Positions 43,903 to 58,489 of a DNA stretch of 64,000 nucleotides are shown one piece after another; within the stretch, counting starts at the first letter, position 1, and every line of letters begins with the position of its first letter. The DNA is from a virus (Duplodnaviria; Caudoviricetes). A program made the position numbers and the translations under genes. The notes beneath the pieces are model-generated. The model was not told where the DNA came from. It saw only the letters and a program-made list of their open reading frames with translations, and ran no database searches. The stretch lies in the IMG/VR virus record IMGVR_UViG_3300029928_000003. One strand, written 5' to 3'.

Positions 43903-46900
43903 TTAGTATTTACATGATGTTTTATTATCACTTACTTCTTTTAATAGTATGTCCATAGAATTTGATAAAGCTTCGTAATCATCCGCTATTTGCTCATTAT
44001 TTTCAATTCCTTCAGAAATAGCTTCTATAGCTTTATATAAAGAGTCTTTATCTGTAAGTGCCACCCCATTTCCTAAATGATCTTCTACTAACTGTTCTAC
44101 AAACTGTTTATCTTCCTAATTAGTCATACTATCCATAATCTGCTACATCCTATTCTTAATATAATTTAAATCTGGAACCTACGGTATATTTTCATTAATA
44201 ACAGGTTCTAATTCAATAAACTCATCATAATCTACAGAAGAATCCATATTAATACTTAAAACATTGTTATTAATAACTATATTATTATCAGAATCTACAT
44301 AAACACTATTTTGGTCTGTTGGATCTATTTTTTGACCTATTCTTTCTTCTAAATATTCCTATAACGTAATAGGAGCCTTCTCCCCATAAGTATACTTTAT
44401 AGGCATACTTAATAGTTTGTTAATATCTAAAGCCGAAGAAGCTTGCTATGATAAACTACGTTTTAAATTATTATTTATTTTTTCTTCCACATAATGCTCT
44501 CTTTCTTGCAAATTTTCTATTTTTCCAGCTTCTTCCTAAATAGAATTTAAAGCTGCCCCTAAATTAAGATTCTATAAAATTTGTGGGACTTGATAAGTCT
44601 AAATAGACTCTTGTGGTTCCTTTAACTATTCTTCTTGTTTTGGAGTTTGTAAATCTTCTTTTAATTTACCAAAATTTACGTAGAAAATAGGCATGTCAGT
44701 TTCTACATTTATTAAAAATAATCTAGGATCATTCAGACAGCCTTTTAATACCGCACTACCATTTACATCAATTATTAAACTACTGCCTATAGGGTCAGTA
44801 AACATACCATGTTTAAAGTAAGCATCCGTGGCTCTTAAGCCGTCTGTTTCAACATCCTCTGTAGTGCCATGGAATGCTAGAGCTAATGTTCTATCAAAGT
44901 CATAAGCTGGTTTAAAGTTATGCCCTGGCCCACCTATTGGGAATGTATCTAATATTTTATCAGAATTTACTTCTAATTTATTACCATCTTTATCTATAAA
45001 TTGGATCTTATCCCAATCTTCATAAGGCCCTTCTTCTAAACCTACTTTCTTAGATATTTTATAAAGTACTTTAGCTAATAATACTGGAAATCTCTTCATT
45101 CCAGTATCGTCCCCTAATTTAATAGTAGCTTTATTTATACCATCATCTACCTCAATATCTGCACCGCTCATTACTAAACTAACTGGACTTGTCTTTTTAA
45201 ATCCAAGTGAATTATCATCGTTAGTATTCATAGAGATAATACGATCATGTTCAAATGGTTTGCCAGTTTTACTGTAGATGGGTTCTCCTACTACTTGTTT
45301 AATAGGCCCTTCAAATAACTAATCTATTCTATTTAAATATTCTGCTGCAGTAGCCGGTTCTATATAAATACCTACTGGTGTTTCTCCTTTCTCTATATAT
45401 TTTTTATAGAATGGGTTATCCTATTTTATATTAGTTAAATATCCTAAATAAACACCTGTATCATTAACGGCTCCTCCTAAACGGAATTGTCTAACTTCTG
45501 TACTTAATCTATCATTAAATTTATCAATAAGATCACCTATTTCATTATAGCCTCTTTTAATTTCCTCTGAGGTAGAACTTATAATAGAATTTACATTATC
45601 TACTTCTTTCTATGAGACTTTATTTCCGTTATTAATTCTATCCTGCAGATTCTATTGTAAATAAAGTGCATTTTTGTATCGTAATATCTGAGTTATGTAA
45701 TTATCTTGCTCCTCATCAGTCTAAAATACAGATGTAAGTTTTTTAGTAGCCTCTTCTTTAAAGTTAGAATAAGCATCGCTAAATCTAAGCAAATTTGCAC
45801 GGAAATTCCATAAAGATCTATACATACGAATGCCTGCGGCGTCTGTTTCAAATGGAAATATATCTGTAACTTTTTTATCTTTAATGATTTGAGTTATTCT
45901 AGTGAAACTATCTTTTTTAGCCCATATTAAATCATGGAATGATATACCTCTATTCCATAAGGGAATCATTCTAACCCTTGGGGTCATTTCTCTCTAAAAG
46001 ACATTTACATCATTTTGAGCTTGGCTCTGTTTTTCTTTTATATATTCATCAACTAGTTCATCCTTTTTAAGTGTTGTATCATTAGATACAAATACTACCG
46101 CGTTTCCTCCCCAATCGCTAAGTGTTTTAATATCATTACGAGTAACAATATAAGGATCAGAAATTACAGTATATGGATGAGATTGTGCATATTCTTGTAA
46201 GTTTCTAATTGGAACTCTTCTTTCTTTATAATCTGACGTATATGTATATCTACGTATTGCAGTTAATCCAGAGAATTGTGGGGTAACATCTATTTCAAAT
46301 GTTCCATTATTATCATTAGCTTTCTAAGTTAACTATTTAAATATATTTTCATAGTTTTCTTTATTGTTTGCAAATGCTTTTTGATCATCTTCGGATAGTT
46401 TGCCAATATCTCTAATTTTATAACTTTCAGGATTCGCTAAACCACCTAGAGTAACTCTACAAATTTCTCCATTTTTATTTTTAAATTCAGCTACTACAGA
46501 ATATACGTAACCGTCTATAGATAATAATTCTTTTTTCAATCCAGTAAAACCATAGAAATTATCTGTTTCGTTCTATGGTCTAACTACTATTTTATATTGA
46601 ATTCCTTTTTGGAATGTATCTTCATCAATAATATCCTTTATACTTTTACTGAGTAATTCATAATCTCTTGCAGTTCTTCCATGATATAAAAGTACTGATT
46701 TAAAATTTAACATTGCTGAAGCGTATGCATTTTTATCTTCAGGGCTTTCAATAGTCTTATCAGGTTCAAGAAGCATTTGCATATCAGACTTGGGGCCGCC
46801 AGCCCAAGTATTTCTCCAGCGTTCTATTTTATTTTTACCTTTACCTTCTTCTTCCACAGCTAATCCAGTAAGATGTACTGATCCATATATTCTAATTGGA

Positions 46901-49900
46901 GTTTTAGATTTATCTAATAGTAAATTATTATTTATTTTAATATCGTCGTCTTCTGAAGCCCCAACTGACTATCCTACTATTTCTACGGCTTGCTCATTAT
47001 TTTCAATTATTGTGTTCTTATCAAGCGAATCATCTATAATAGGAACTTCTTCTGATTCAGGATTTGTTTGTTCGGGTTCAGGATTTATAGTACTTTTTGT
47101 AGCATTATTCTACGTAGGTTCTGGATTCTGCTGTGTTTCACTAGATATAGGTGATTCTGGATTCTAAGTAGTAGGTGGCTATGTATTTGGATTTTGTTGC
47201 TGTGTGGTCTACTAAGATGAAGCTTGCGGTTCTGGATTCTAAGTAGCCTATTGAGTAGTTTCCTACTCAGTAGGCTTTTGTGGCTACTTAGTAGTGGTTT
47301 CTCCTTTTAATAATTTATCAAAATCCTCATTAGAAATTAATCCCAACTAGTCAAGTAAAGCCTTCTTGGCTTTAATGAAGGGGTCTAAAGCGTTCTTTAA
47401 ATTAGGGGCTATTGCTTTAATTCTAGAAATAGTATTCTAACCTATATAGTTACTTAACCCATTATCTATAAATATAGAACCAGATTTACCTCGACTCATT
47501 AGTGTATATAAAGTAGATAACTAATTTAATTGATCATAAAGATCTGTTGGTACTTTCCATTTCGTATCTACTACAATATAATCAAACTCCTACCCCTATA
47601 TTTCTTTTGTAGAGGCAACTAACAATGTGCTATCCTTTGCTAAATTATTTTTTAACGTATTATATGCAGCCCCGTTAGTATCTCCTACAAAAGCTATAGT
47701 ACCATGTAATTTAGCAACTTGTTTAGCATCTATTGTTGGGGTAATTAAATCACCATTAAGTACATCTTCATTATAAACTGCAAATCTTAAATCAGGAATA
47801 TTTTTTACAATCTTTTCTGCTTTATTGTTTCCCTATGGATCATTATCTGATATAGCATTTAACTATTTTAATAGATTAGAAACCTTAGTTAAATTCTAAC
47901 TTTTTTGTAAGTTAACATCCCTTAAAGATATAGATAAATAAGAGGATCTTATTGTAAAGGCTCGGTCAAAATCAATATTACAAATACCTATATTACTTCT
48001 AAATCCCTATTGCATAGTATCTCCTAAAGCAACTACTGTTATGTTATGTTTTTTAGCAAACCAATTAATTATCTATAATTCTGGAACGCTAAAATGAGTT
48101 ATCTCATCAATAATAATTAATTTAGGAGCATTTTTTGGATCTGCTAATTTTACAGATGCTTTTAATTTTGAAATATCCCTATCTAAAGTAGTAAGTGTGG
48201 CTTTAGCTGCATCTGTTTCTAATTCAGATATAAGTTTTTCATAGGTGTTAGAGTCTATAAATTGTAGCATAAAATCTCTACGTGTTTTAGCTACTCCTTT
48301 TCCTATAATATTCTTAAGATTTTTAAGCTAGTCTTCTTTAGGGGCGGATAACCATATATCATCAGATGCTATATATCGTGAAGCATTTTTGGCAATTACT
48401 GTTGTTTTACCTGCTCCTGCACCCCCCTAAATAAATACAAAGTTACTTAAAATTGCTTTCGGGTTTTTCCCTTTAGGATCGACTACTTTTAATGCATAGT
48501 TAATAAAACCATTAAATATTTTTGGGTTTTTAATATGAGCTAAAGCTAGTCTAGATGATTGCTCTTGAATAGTAAGAGGAACTGTTACTTTATTTTCATC
48601 CTTAGATTTAGCAGAATCTTCTATATTAGATTTTACAAAGTTACCCATTTCATTAGAACTTATTCCTGAAATAGTAGCTAAGTAGATTAACTTATCATAT
48701 TCCGTAAGTTTTCCGTAACTAATATGGTCATCAAGATCCGCGGTAGACTATTCTAAAATTTTACTTAAATCTAATAATGTTTCTAACATCTTAGATTCAT
48801 TCAAAATTTCTTCAATAGTTATCCCACTATTTAATGCCTTATGCAGATTTATATAGAAAAGATTTTCTATTTTATGTAATTTAACTGCTGGATTATCATC
48901 TACTATCTTTTCAATTCCATCTAATAAATCAAAATGTATACCTTTAATAGTAAATCTTACAGCATCTCTATTAGCTTTAATAATATCAAAAAAGTCTAAC
49001 TTAGCCTTTACATATTTCTAATCAGCGACAAGTAACTTTCTTGTTTTATTTACCTAATTAATAGCCGATAAAGACGCCCAAGACATTGGGCTTTCAGGAT
49101 CTATTTCATCTAAAAATCTTTCAATTTCTAACATATACATGTTAGCTATATCTTGAGGTAATGTAGGAAGTTCTTTAAAATCGGGATTTTCTTTGGGATG
49201 ATTTTTAGCAAAATCATTCATTACTTTATTATGTCCTGCTGGAAATGCAATACCCTGATCAACTCCAGCTGCATATAAGTAAGCTCTTACTAATTTAAGA
49301 ATTTTGGAAGCTTCTTCTAAATCTTCTAATTCAGAATCAGTAAGTACAAAGTCTTCTACATTCTTCGATTTTAAGAATTTCTAATGAATTTTATCTAATA
49401 GTGATTCAATATTACCAGTATAATTTATACTTGAAGCAAACTTTTTAACTAAATCTATTATAGGATTATCAGTGTCTATTTTAGCGCGTATTTCATTAAA
49501 TAATGATACAACTGGATCATTTTGTATTTCCTGTCTTAATGAACCTAACTATCTATTGGCTTCTTCTATAATAGGTCGTCTAATAGCTTCTAATATACTG
49601 TTCTTTGTATCTTCATCAATACTTCCAATATAGTCTCCTTCTTTACTAGCTAATTTAGCTAAAATATTAGGATCAGCATTTTCGTTATATCCTAAAAATC
49701 CATCTAGTAAATTTTTAGTATTATTGACATCCCCAGTATATTCAAGTATTTTCTATTCTAGTAGTTTTCTAGCTTCTTTTGGGTCTGTACCTTTAGTAAT
49801 TAAATCTTTATAGTACTAAATATATTCAGGAACCAGATGGCCTACATCTGCATTTACTTTTTTTGAATCTGCGGTAGCACTGACAGTTAATCCAGAAAAG

Positions 49901-52900
49901 ACTTCTTGTAAACTGGCTAGCTATGATCTGTCTGCTTCATTAGCATTTGCAGAGGAATTAGCTATTATAATGTTAGCTATATTAGAAGCTAATTTTCTTA
50001 AGTCATTAGTGTGAATATTATATTTTCCTAAATGTCTAAATTCTGGAAAAATATCACTAAAATGCTTTCCACTATTAGGGTCACCATTAAATAATCCAGC
50101 TAAATTATGGTTATATTGAGTAGTAGTTCCTATTTTTTTATTAGTCCCATAAAAGCTATCATAGGGTTTTACTACTATATCTTCAATATAATTCTCTATG
50201 GCTTGTCTTATTTCATCTACATTAGATAAATCAGGTTTTAAATCTTTAAATATACCATATAAATCTTTTTCAAAACCTACAGAATTCTACTATAATTGTT
50301 TAACTGCAGATTCAATTATAGATTTAGCAGAATCATTTTCTCTTACTCTTAATACAGCATGCAATCTTCGTAAGAAAGCCGGATCTACATAATCTCCTGC
50401 TGTGTCAACTAAGTCTAATATACCGTCTCTTAACTTATACCAGGATTCTTTATTAAGATCTGCAATTTTATCTAATCTTTTTCTTTTTCTATTAAGAAAA
50501 TCTGCATCAGATTCTTTTTCTAATTTCTTATCTCTATTTTCAAAATCTTCTTCAGATTCGTCTGGAAGTTTTTCATCATAAGAATAAGATTTAGCATTAG
50601 CAATAGGCCCGTCTTGCGCAAATACTTTAGCTAAAGCTTCTGAATTATACTTAAACAATAAAGCATTATCTTGTAAAGTTTTAATATGTGGGTTTACTTT
50701 CTCTGCAATAGCTTTATATAAATCAAAAGCTTCATCTAAATCTAAACTCTATTTAGATTTCTTATAATTTAAATATTCAGTTTTATAAGCACGTTTTTCA
50801 GCTTCCGTTAATTTATCTATTGTTTTACCTTTATTAGCTTTAATCCACTATTCATAGGTCATAGAGGTAAACTCGCTATTAAGATAAGAGTCTATTGCAA
50901 ACAACATCTTATCAGTATATTTCATAGAATATTCTCCACTAAGAAATTTATCTCTTTCTTTTTTCAGAGATTCTATTTTATCTTCTAATACTTTTATATT
51001 TTCAAGTCTAGTTGGGTTATTCTTAACTTCAGAACTTACAGCATCGGGTAATTTTTCTCCTTTTACTGTACCATCTTTAGTACCATAAGCAATTTTTAAA
51101 TCTTGTTCTGCATTAAGTAACTTCTTAGTCATTTCTCGGAAATCTTGATGATATCTAGTAGAATATGCTACATCTTTTAACAGGGCTTTCATATTAATGA
51201 ATCGCTATTCTTTAGCAACCATCTATTCAAATAACTAATCATCACTTAAATCTGTCCCATTAGTTGATAAAATATCCTGTATCTATAGTACAGATTTTTT
51301 TAATGTGTTATAAACATAATCATTCTAAGAATCACCTTTATCTGCCGTTAAATATACAGGATTTCCATCTGATCCATATTCATAATTAGAAGCAGATATA
51401 TTTTTATTTCCTAATTTACCTTTATCGTGCCACTTATCCAATTCAGATAATACTTCATTAGTTTTTCCATTGGCAATGAGATAGATAAGTTCATCCTATG
51501 TAGTATCTCTATGAAATGGTACTTGGCCATTTGCAACGCTAACCCCATAAAATAAACCACCACCAAGACCGCCGCCAAGAAGGGACATTAAATATCTTTC
51601 CTACCAGTTTTCCCATGCTCCTACATCAGTAATTCCTGAATTATTTAAGAAGTTAGGAGAAAATTCACCTGCCAACTAATAAAGTTGTTTAGATAAGTCG
51701 GTTACAACTTCTTCAGTAACTTCTTCTAAACCCTCACCAAGAGCCTTACCAAAAACACCAGTTGTATGGTTTTTAATATCATCTGCATATTTAGATATAA
51801 ATCCTTTACCGAAATCTATTCCTTTTTGAATTAGTTTAAATTTACTTTCTTTTGTTGCAGGACTATTTATACCTATTTGCGTAAGATCTGTAGCTATAGA
51901 TTCTGATTCTTTCTTTATTGCACTTCGTACAGCTACCTTAGTTTCTTGACTTAATTCATCAAAGAACATTTCGCCTAAATGCATATACTTATCTACTGCA
52001 AACATACCTAAAGTGCTACCGAATGCTACTTTAGCAGCGTCTTCTTTAGATGCACCGTGTTCAAGCATAGTTTGATATACATCCGTATTAGAAATAATAG
52101 CCATATATGCTAAAGACGCATCAGCTCCAAGTCTAGCATTTTTCTAAGCTAACTCTTTAGCTGGTTCTACAAACTTACGTAACGCAGCTCTTCCTAATGC
52201 ACTATTTTGCCAATCCTTAGGATTGCCTACATATTGTATTGGGGCCATTCCTTCAATTTTACCCATCTTAGCTGCTTCTTGTGCATCTTTTAATATACGC
52301 TAACTTTGTATTGTATAATAAGCCTCTGCGTCCTTATACGCGTTTGCCACTGCTGACTACGAACCTTTTAATTTATTAATAGAATTAGCAATTCCTTTTT
52401 GCTGTCCCCATTGAGTAGCCACATCTGCAATTAATGACGCAATATTTTCAAACGCAAAAGTATGCTCCTTAGCGTAATCGGAAGTTCCACTTGTTAACTA
52501 TTGTCCTACAGCAGCAATAGTATTTAATAAAGTAGAATCCTAATCATTCCCCCATAATGTAGAAACCATTCCATAAAGCATAGGTAATGATTTACCCATT
52601 TCTCTTGCAATTAATGCCCCACTATATATTGTAGATATAGGACCACCTAGTAAGAGTGGTGCTACGGATAAGGCCATTTTAGCTACAGTACCAGTTGCCG
52701 ATTTATCTAGATCATCAGAATCTAAAAAATCATATTTATTAATACCTTCACCGTCTATCGTAAGTATATCTGTAGCTGATAATACATCTTTACCTACTAA
52801 AGATCTACCATTTAAAGTTTCATAATAATATTGTCCTTCATCGTTTAATTTTAAATCACCTTTATTATGATGCTCCATTTGACCCGTTATAGGATTAGGG

Positions 52901-53469
52901 CTATCACCTTCCTCATCCCAAGTAGCTTTTACTAAAGGGTCTGAGAATAATTGTTTAGCCCATCCTATAGGATTAGATGTTAGAGAAATATCATTAGGAG
53001 AATAATCTTCCCATTTCTATTCTGCGGTATTCCATATTTTAGACTACTGTGCCATTTCGCTTCTAGAAAGAGGACTGGTGGTTTTTTGATTTCTACCTGC
53101 TATACCAGTAGCCATTCTATCTGGATTAGATATTACTTCTAATTTAAATCCAGAATCTTTTATCCGTGATTTAGCAGTTCTATTTGCATCAAATAAACTA
53201 TATTCAAAATTATCTATTGCTGGCGTATCTTCATTAAAAGTTTGAAACTAATCTAATGATTTAGTATAAAAATCTTTAAATTTAGTTTCATTGAAAGTAC
53301 CGTCTGCATTCTTAAAATTTTCATTTTGAGTAATGAATGGACTAGAAGTATATGCTGAATATGGTAATAGCTAAGTGTTGTCCATATTCATATCTAGTAC
53401 ATCTTTAAAATCCTAATTAGAAAAATCAGGATTATTTATTGTTGCTACAATCCAATCGTTTTCTCTCAT
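43903..53469 (-). CDS. Giant virion/cargo protein (~3188 aa, TAG=Gln) containing an SF1 helicase-like P-loop domain
   Basis: Fragments 44626-52878 share one frame; start MRENDW, stop TAA; GGAGAGKT, IIIDE, GDTMQ, QGQEFD, YTLMSR. Confidence 0.8.
47040..47300 (-). repeat. Low-complexity Pro/Gln/Thr linker with repeated NPE(P) units
   Basis: Recurrent TCTGGATTCT on the + strand; translation QNPEPQ...QNPES...QNPEPT...NPEPE. Confidence 0.6.
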
Positions 53470-53471
53470 AA

Positions 53472-55400
53472 TTATCGTCCTATAAGATCCTTAGACGCGC
53501 TTTTTGCGCCAATCATTTTCTATAATCTTTGATATTTATATTCTTCTACTGTGGCGTCATCTTGATAAAGTTTTTGGCCTTCAGCGGTTTGGGCTTGATG
53601 TATATTAGAAGTAATTGGAATATAAATACTTCCTCTGTAGATATTATCATGACCATTAAAGTCATACCAGTTATCTGGGTCTATACTATATTTATTATCA
53701 TCTGTAGATAACGCCTATTCAATCATACTAATTATATCTGGATCATCATTGATACGAGATACATAATCACTATTTCCAAAATGATTTCTACTAGTATTAT
53801 CTACAGCATAGCCATCTACAATTAAGAATTGACCTAATTCACTGAGATCTATTGTACCAGAACTCATGTTAACTAATTTTTCTAGATTATGCTTAATAAG
53901 AACTTGAGCAATTTGTTTCTAATGCGTATCATCATATACTGAATTAATACCCATACTTCTCAACTCTTTATTGGCGGCTTCCCATCTATCAAGAGCTTCT
54001 AAATCCACTACTTTTCTGCCATTATCAGCCATTTTAGTTGGTAAGATAGCCATAGTACCACCGCTTCCAGAATACATAATATTATCAAAATCTGTATCTG
54101 ATAATGGTACATTACCAAATGTAATAGCATATCTATCAGTGATAATTCCTTGTAGACCAGAATTAAGTAAATTATCTAAACTAGTCCTTCCTACTGGTTT
54201 ACCTGTAGTATCTGGGATAGATGGATAATTTACACCATTAGCACTCATTTGATAATTAGTGCCCTTATTAATAGAAATATCCATACTATTACCACCAATC
54301 ATTCTTACCATATCTGTATAAGGTCCTGATTTAGCTTTAGTAGATAAATCATCATTGTCATTCGAGTCAGAACCTGATTTAGACCCTTTTGTACCTGGTT
54401 TAGCTAATACCTATTCTAAAGTACCTTCCCAAGTAGTATCTTGTTCATAAGTATTATTAATTCCAGAAGTAATAAGGTACGAAATTAAATTTGCAGCCCC
54501 CTATTTTGGGTTCTTTGTATTTCCAGATTTTACCTATAATAAAGTTTGGGCATTAGTTGGAAGGGTAGTATATATATAAAGTAAAGCTGCTTGAGCTTGC
54601 TCTTTCTAATCTTTAGTAATAATTTTATTTTTGTAAAGGCCATCTAATGTCATTCCTGTTTTACCTGCAACTTGCTCACTAGCTACTTTATCTAGTACTT
54701 GAAGACCTTGTACTATCTAGGATTTTTCTTTAACAGAATATCCAGATTGAGTCATACTGTTAGTTCCAAGATGAATTAGACGTTCTTTAATCATTTTATT
54801 AACTTCTCCAAGTCCTATACCATTAGAAACAGTTTCTAATATCTAATTTTTCATTGCATACGAAGAAGAATTACTTCTAAGGTATAACAAATTAGAGTTA
54901 GTCATTGCTTCGTATTTTCCTGTATTATTTAGGTATTCTTGCGGAGAAATTTGAATCATTTGTTCAGTATCCTTATCTAATGCTATAAGTCCACCAGAAG
55001 GAGTAATTGCATATTCATTAAGTCCCCCATTATTAGCAACTATTTTATAGGCTTTATCATATTCTTTTTTATTAAAAGACGCCTATTTAACTTGTATTAA
55101 ATTACTAAGATAAGCACTTGCTATATCTGAAGCAGTACCTCCTAACGCCTATAACTATAAAGAATTAATAATACTATTTCCAATAGCCTACATGTCATTA
55201 GGAAGACCATCTACTTTATTAAGTAATTGAATTAATTCTTTCTGTGAAAAGTTATCGTCATCTGCTGTTTTACTTGTGGTAGTTGTTTTAGTAGTATCTT
55301 CCTTAGAACTTGTTGCGGTTGGGGTTTCCCCGATTGTGGGTATATATGTTGTAAATAGGGAGGCAAAGCCCCCCTATTGTAATTTAGGTATTATTTGCAT
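53472..55400 (-). CDS. Virion/cargo protein (~642 aa, TAG=Gln)
   Basis: Start MQIIPKLQQGGF, stop TAA just before next ATG; includes ORF 53919-54311. Confidence 0.75.
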
Positions 55401-58400
55401 CTTTGATTACTTTATTAATTAAATACTAACTATATAAAGATAGATTACCACCGTTTTTAAAGCGTAGCTTAGAATAATCGTTCATATTAAAGTTAGTAAT
55501 TGGTACATAAGGATATCCATAAATCTAACCATAATTCTTATAAGAATTCTCTTTATATCTATTCTATATTGCAGTTAATGCTTTAGAATACTGGCCGTCT
55601 GTAACAGTATCAAATTCTGACAGGGTCTTATTTTCATTTCCCGGAAGAGTTTTCCATTTATTATAACGGTCTTTTAATTCAGCAATATTATTAGCGTACT
55701 CTAATTGATTCTTAAATTGTTCAGTTTCCATTTGGAAGTTCTCAGCTCTAGTTCTATCAGTAGCCATCTTAGTTTTAGTTTCTTTTTCAATTCCTTTAAG
55801 ATAGTTATCTATTGATTGCCAATTCTATTTAAGTCTGGTTGCTTCTAGTTCGGCTGCTAATTTATTATTATCAATAATAGATTTCATATTGGTATTTCCT
55901 AAGTCAGAACGCCTCTTTATATTATCTTCTTGACGCGCTAAGGCAGCGGCTGCTGTATGCTAAATTTCAGCATCGTCTTTTAATGCTCCTTCAATTTGGG
56001 TGGTATTAGCTTTCATTTGGCCATCCAAGACCCTTGCAGCATTTAGACTTGCGTCAGAAGTGTAAGGTTGACTAGCTGTAGACATTAACTAAGCAGCTGC
56101 ATTATTATATTGCTAAGCAATACTAAATGCCCCTGTTACAGGAGAATATCTTTCATAAGTATTTTGCAATGCTGGCTCTAGAGCTTTATTAATAGTATCT
56201 GCTACTCTATTATTAGTACCAATAGAATATCCAAGTCTTCCTGCGCCTAATAAAGTTGTAGCGGCTTCATTCCAATATTTATTCTTTAATGCAGCAGCTT
56301 GTCGTTTTTTTAAGTCTACTTCACTTAGTTCATCAGGTTCTGAACCACCAGTAGGATTTTTATCACCGGTAGGTTCACCTTTATCAGGATTCTATTCTGG
56401 AGTTGGGTTCTATTCTGGAGTTGGTGTTGGCGGTGGTGTAGTGGGTCTTAGTTCAAGTTTACCTTCATTATTTACCCACACCTAAGAACCCCAATCATTA
56501 TCTGCTAATAATCCTAATCTGGAAGAAGCCGCTTCTTCATCATTATTAAAAGCTAGAGGGGTTCGGTTAAACATAGTTTGACCTAATACTGTTCTTAATT
56601 TAGGTTCTGCTCCTAAGAATCCTTTTTCGGGATCATACTTAGCTGCGCTTGATCCGTATAGCCAATTATAACTATCATAAAGTTCTCCAAAATCATTGCT
56701 CTTATAACCCTTTTCAAATTTAGTTCGAGAAATATCTCGGGCTTTTTGAACTATGCTATTATAGTAATCAACAAAATCCTAATAAGATTTATCTGAATTT
56801 GTAGTTTTCCAATTATTATAAGCAGAGCGTACATCTGGTATGATACTCCCAGAATTTACATATCTTCTCTACTATTCATACGCCCCAGTAATGGTGGGCG
56901 CAACTGGAGGAATGCCAATTTTAGAAGTTCTTCTATTATGTCTAGCACCTTCCCAACCCGTTAATGGGGTAGTTGCGCCATAAGGATGGCCTGTATCATC
57001 CCAACCAAAGTTTAACTGTGCCCACCCAGGTGAAACTAAATCTGGATTAAGGGTAGTACCTTCAGCAGCTTTTAGAACTCCACCGTTTTTCTAAGACTGA
57101 GTTTGCTAAGTAAAGAATCTTCCATATCTAGAACTAGTAACTGAACTATCTCCAGTGGCTTGCGCTTGTTTGTATTTGTTAATGATTTGTTCCTGATATT
57201 GCGGAATATCATTAACACTTACTTGTCGTACAGTATTATTACTTTTATCATATACGTATGCAGCCTATCCTCCGTTTTTTGTTTTAGATACAGAATGCGG
57301 AATAAGATATAAATTATCATTAGTAGGTAGTGGTTTCATAATACCCTTTTTTATTAAATTTTGTACTACATCTGCCATTACCGCCCCATTACTAAATTCT
57401 GGAGTATAAGTAAGAATTTTGTGCATATATTTACTATAATTTACATTATAGTTATCAATATTACTAAGATATTCACTTAACCAATGCACTAAATCATCGT
57501 TAGTTAAGTTCTTAAACCCCTAATAAAAGTCATGTCTAACATAATCATTTACAACATTTCCAGTAGTATTTAAAGATACTGCTTCATGCAATTTTTCTGG
57601 ATCTGGGTAGTTCTTAGCTAACCACTGGTTAAAAGCTTCATACGCAGAATTTGCATTATTGCCTACGGTACTGTTATTACCTGTGTTACCAGTAGCAGTT
57701 GTTGAACCCGCTACCGAACTTGATGAATAATCCGAATCTGGTGTAACATCAGTGGCGTAATAACTTCCTAAATTAGTAAATCCTAACTAACTTAGTGTAT
57801 ATCTATCATTATTTGCATTTCCGTCAGTAAGACTAATAATAGCTTTATCAATACGAGATCGCCAATCTTGTTCATCTTCTGGAGAATCAAAATCATATCT
57901 TCCTTTAAGTCCTTTTAAAAATGAAATAATAGTAGCATCTCTTTGTGTAGTTCCTCTTTTATTACCATTTGCTGGATCTAACATTACAAATGCAGTAGGG
58001 TCAGATCCCATTAATTCTTTCTATAAAGAAGAAGTAATAATAGGAGACCCTGGTGTATATTTAATTTTATTAGATGGTTTTTCTGGTTCTTTATACTTAG
58101 GCATTCTCCTAAGTACATTTCCTAAATAACCTGCTGCTGCTCCATAAGCATCAAATCCGCTGGTAGCATTAGTAATTCCAACAGTATTTTCAAAACCACC
58201 CCCTAGCTTAGGTGTAATTGTTTCTGGATTACTATTAATTCTATTGATTAAATCAGAATAAGCGGCTCTTACTGATTTTTTATCTTTATCTTTAATATCA
58301 ACACTATCTAACCAATCGTTGAATCCGCTTTCTGCTGCATCTACATATGCATTGAGGTCAATCTAATCATTACCTCTTTTGTATGTCCTAACAATAGGCT

Positions 58401-58431
58401 TTCCATCAGCCAATTTAGTAATTAATGCCAT
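55384..58431 (-). CDS. Virion/cargo protein (~1015 aa, TAG=Gln)
   Basis: Start MALITKLADG; fragments 55564, 57265 and 57787 in same frame; stop TAA. Confidence 0.75.
56390..56424 (-). repeat. Short tandem repeat encoding PTPEQN x2
   Basis: TTCTATTCTGGAGTTGG at 56390 and 56408. Confidence 0.7.
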
Positions 58432-58474
58432 ATAAAATAAAATAGGGGGCATAGATTTTAGTCAATGCCCCCAT
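58432..58474 (-). terminator. Hairpin/terminator inside the late operon
   Basis: GGGGGCAT...ATGCCCCC stem with a T-rich tail on the - strand. Confidence 0.6.
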
Positions 58475-58489
58475 TAATTAAATAGTTTA

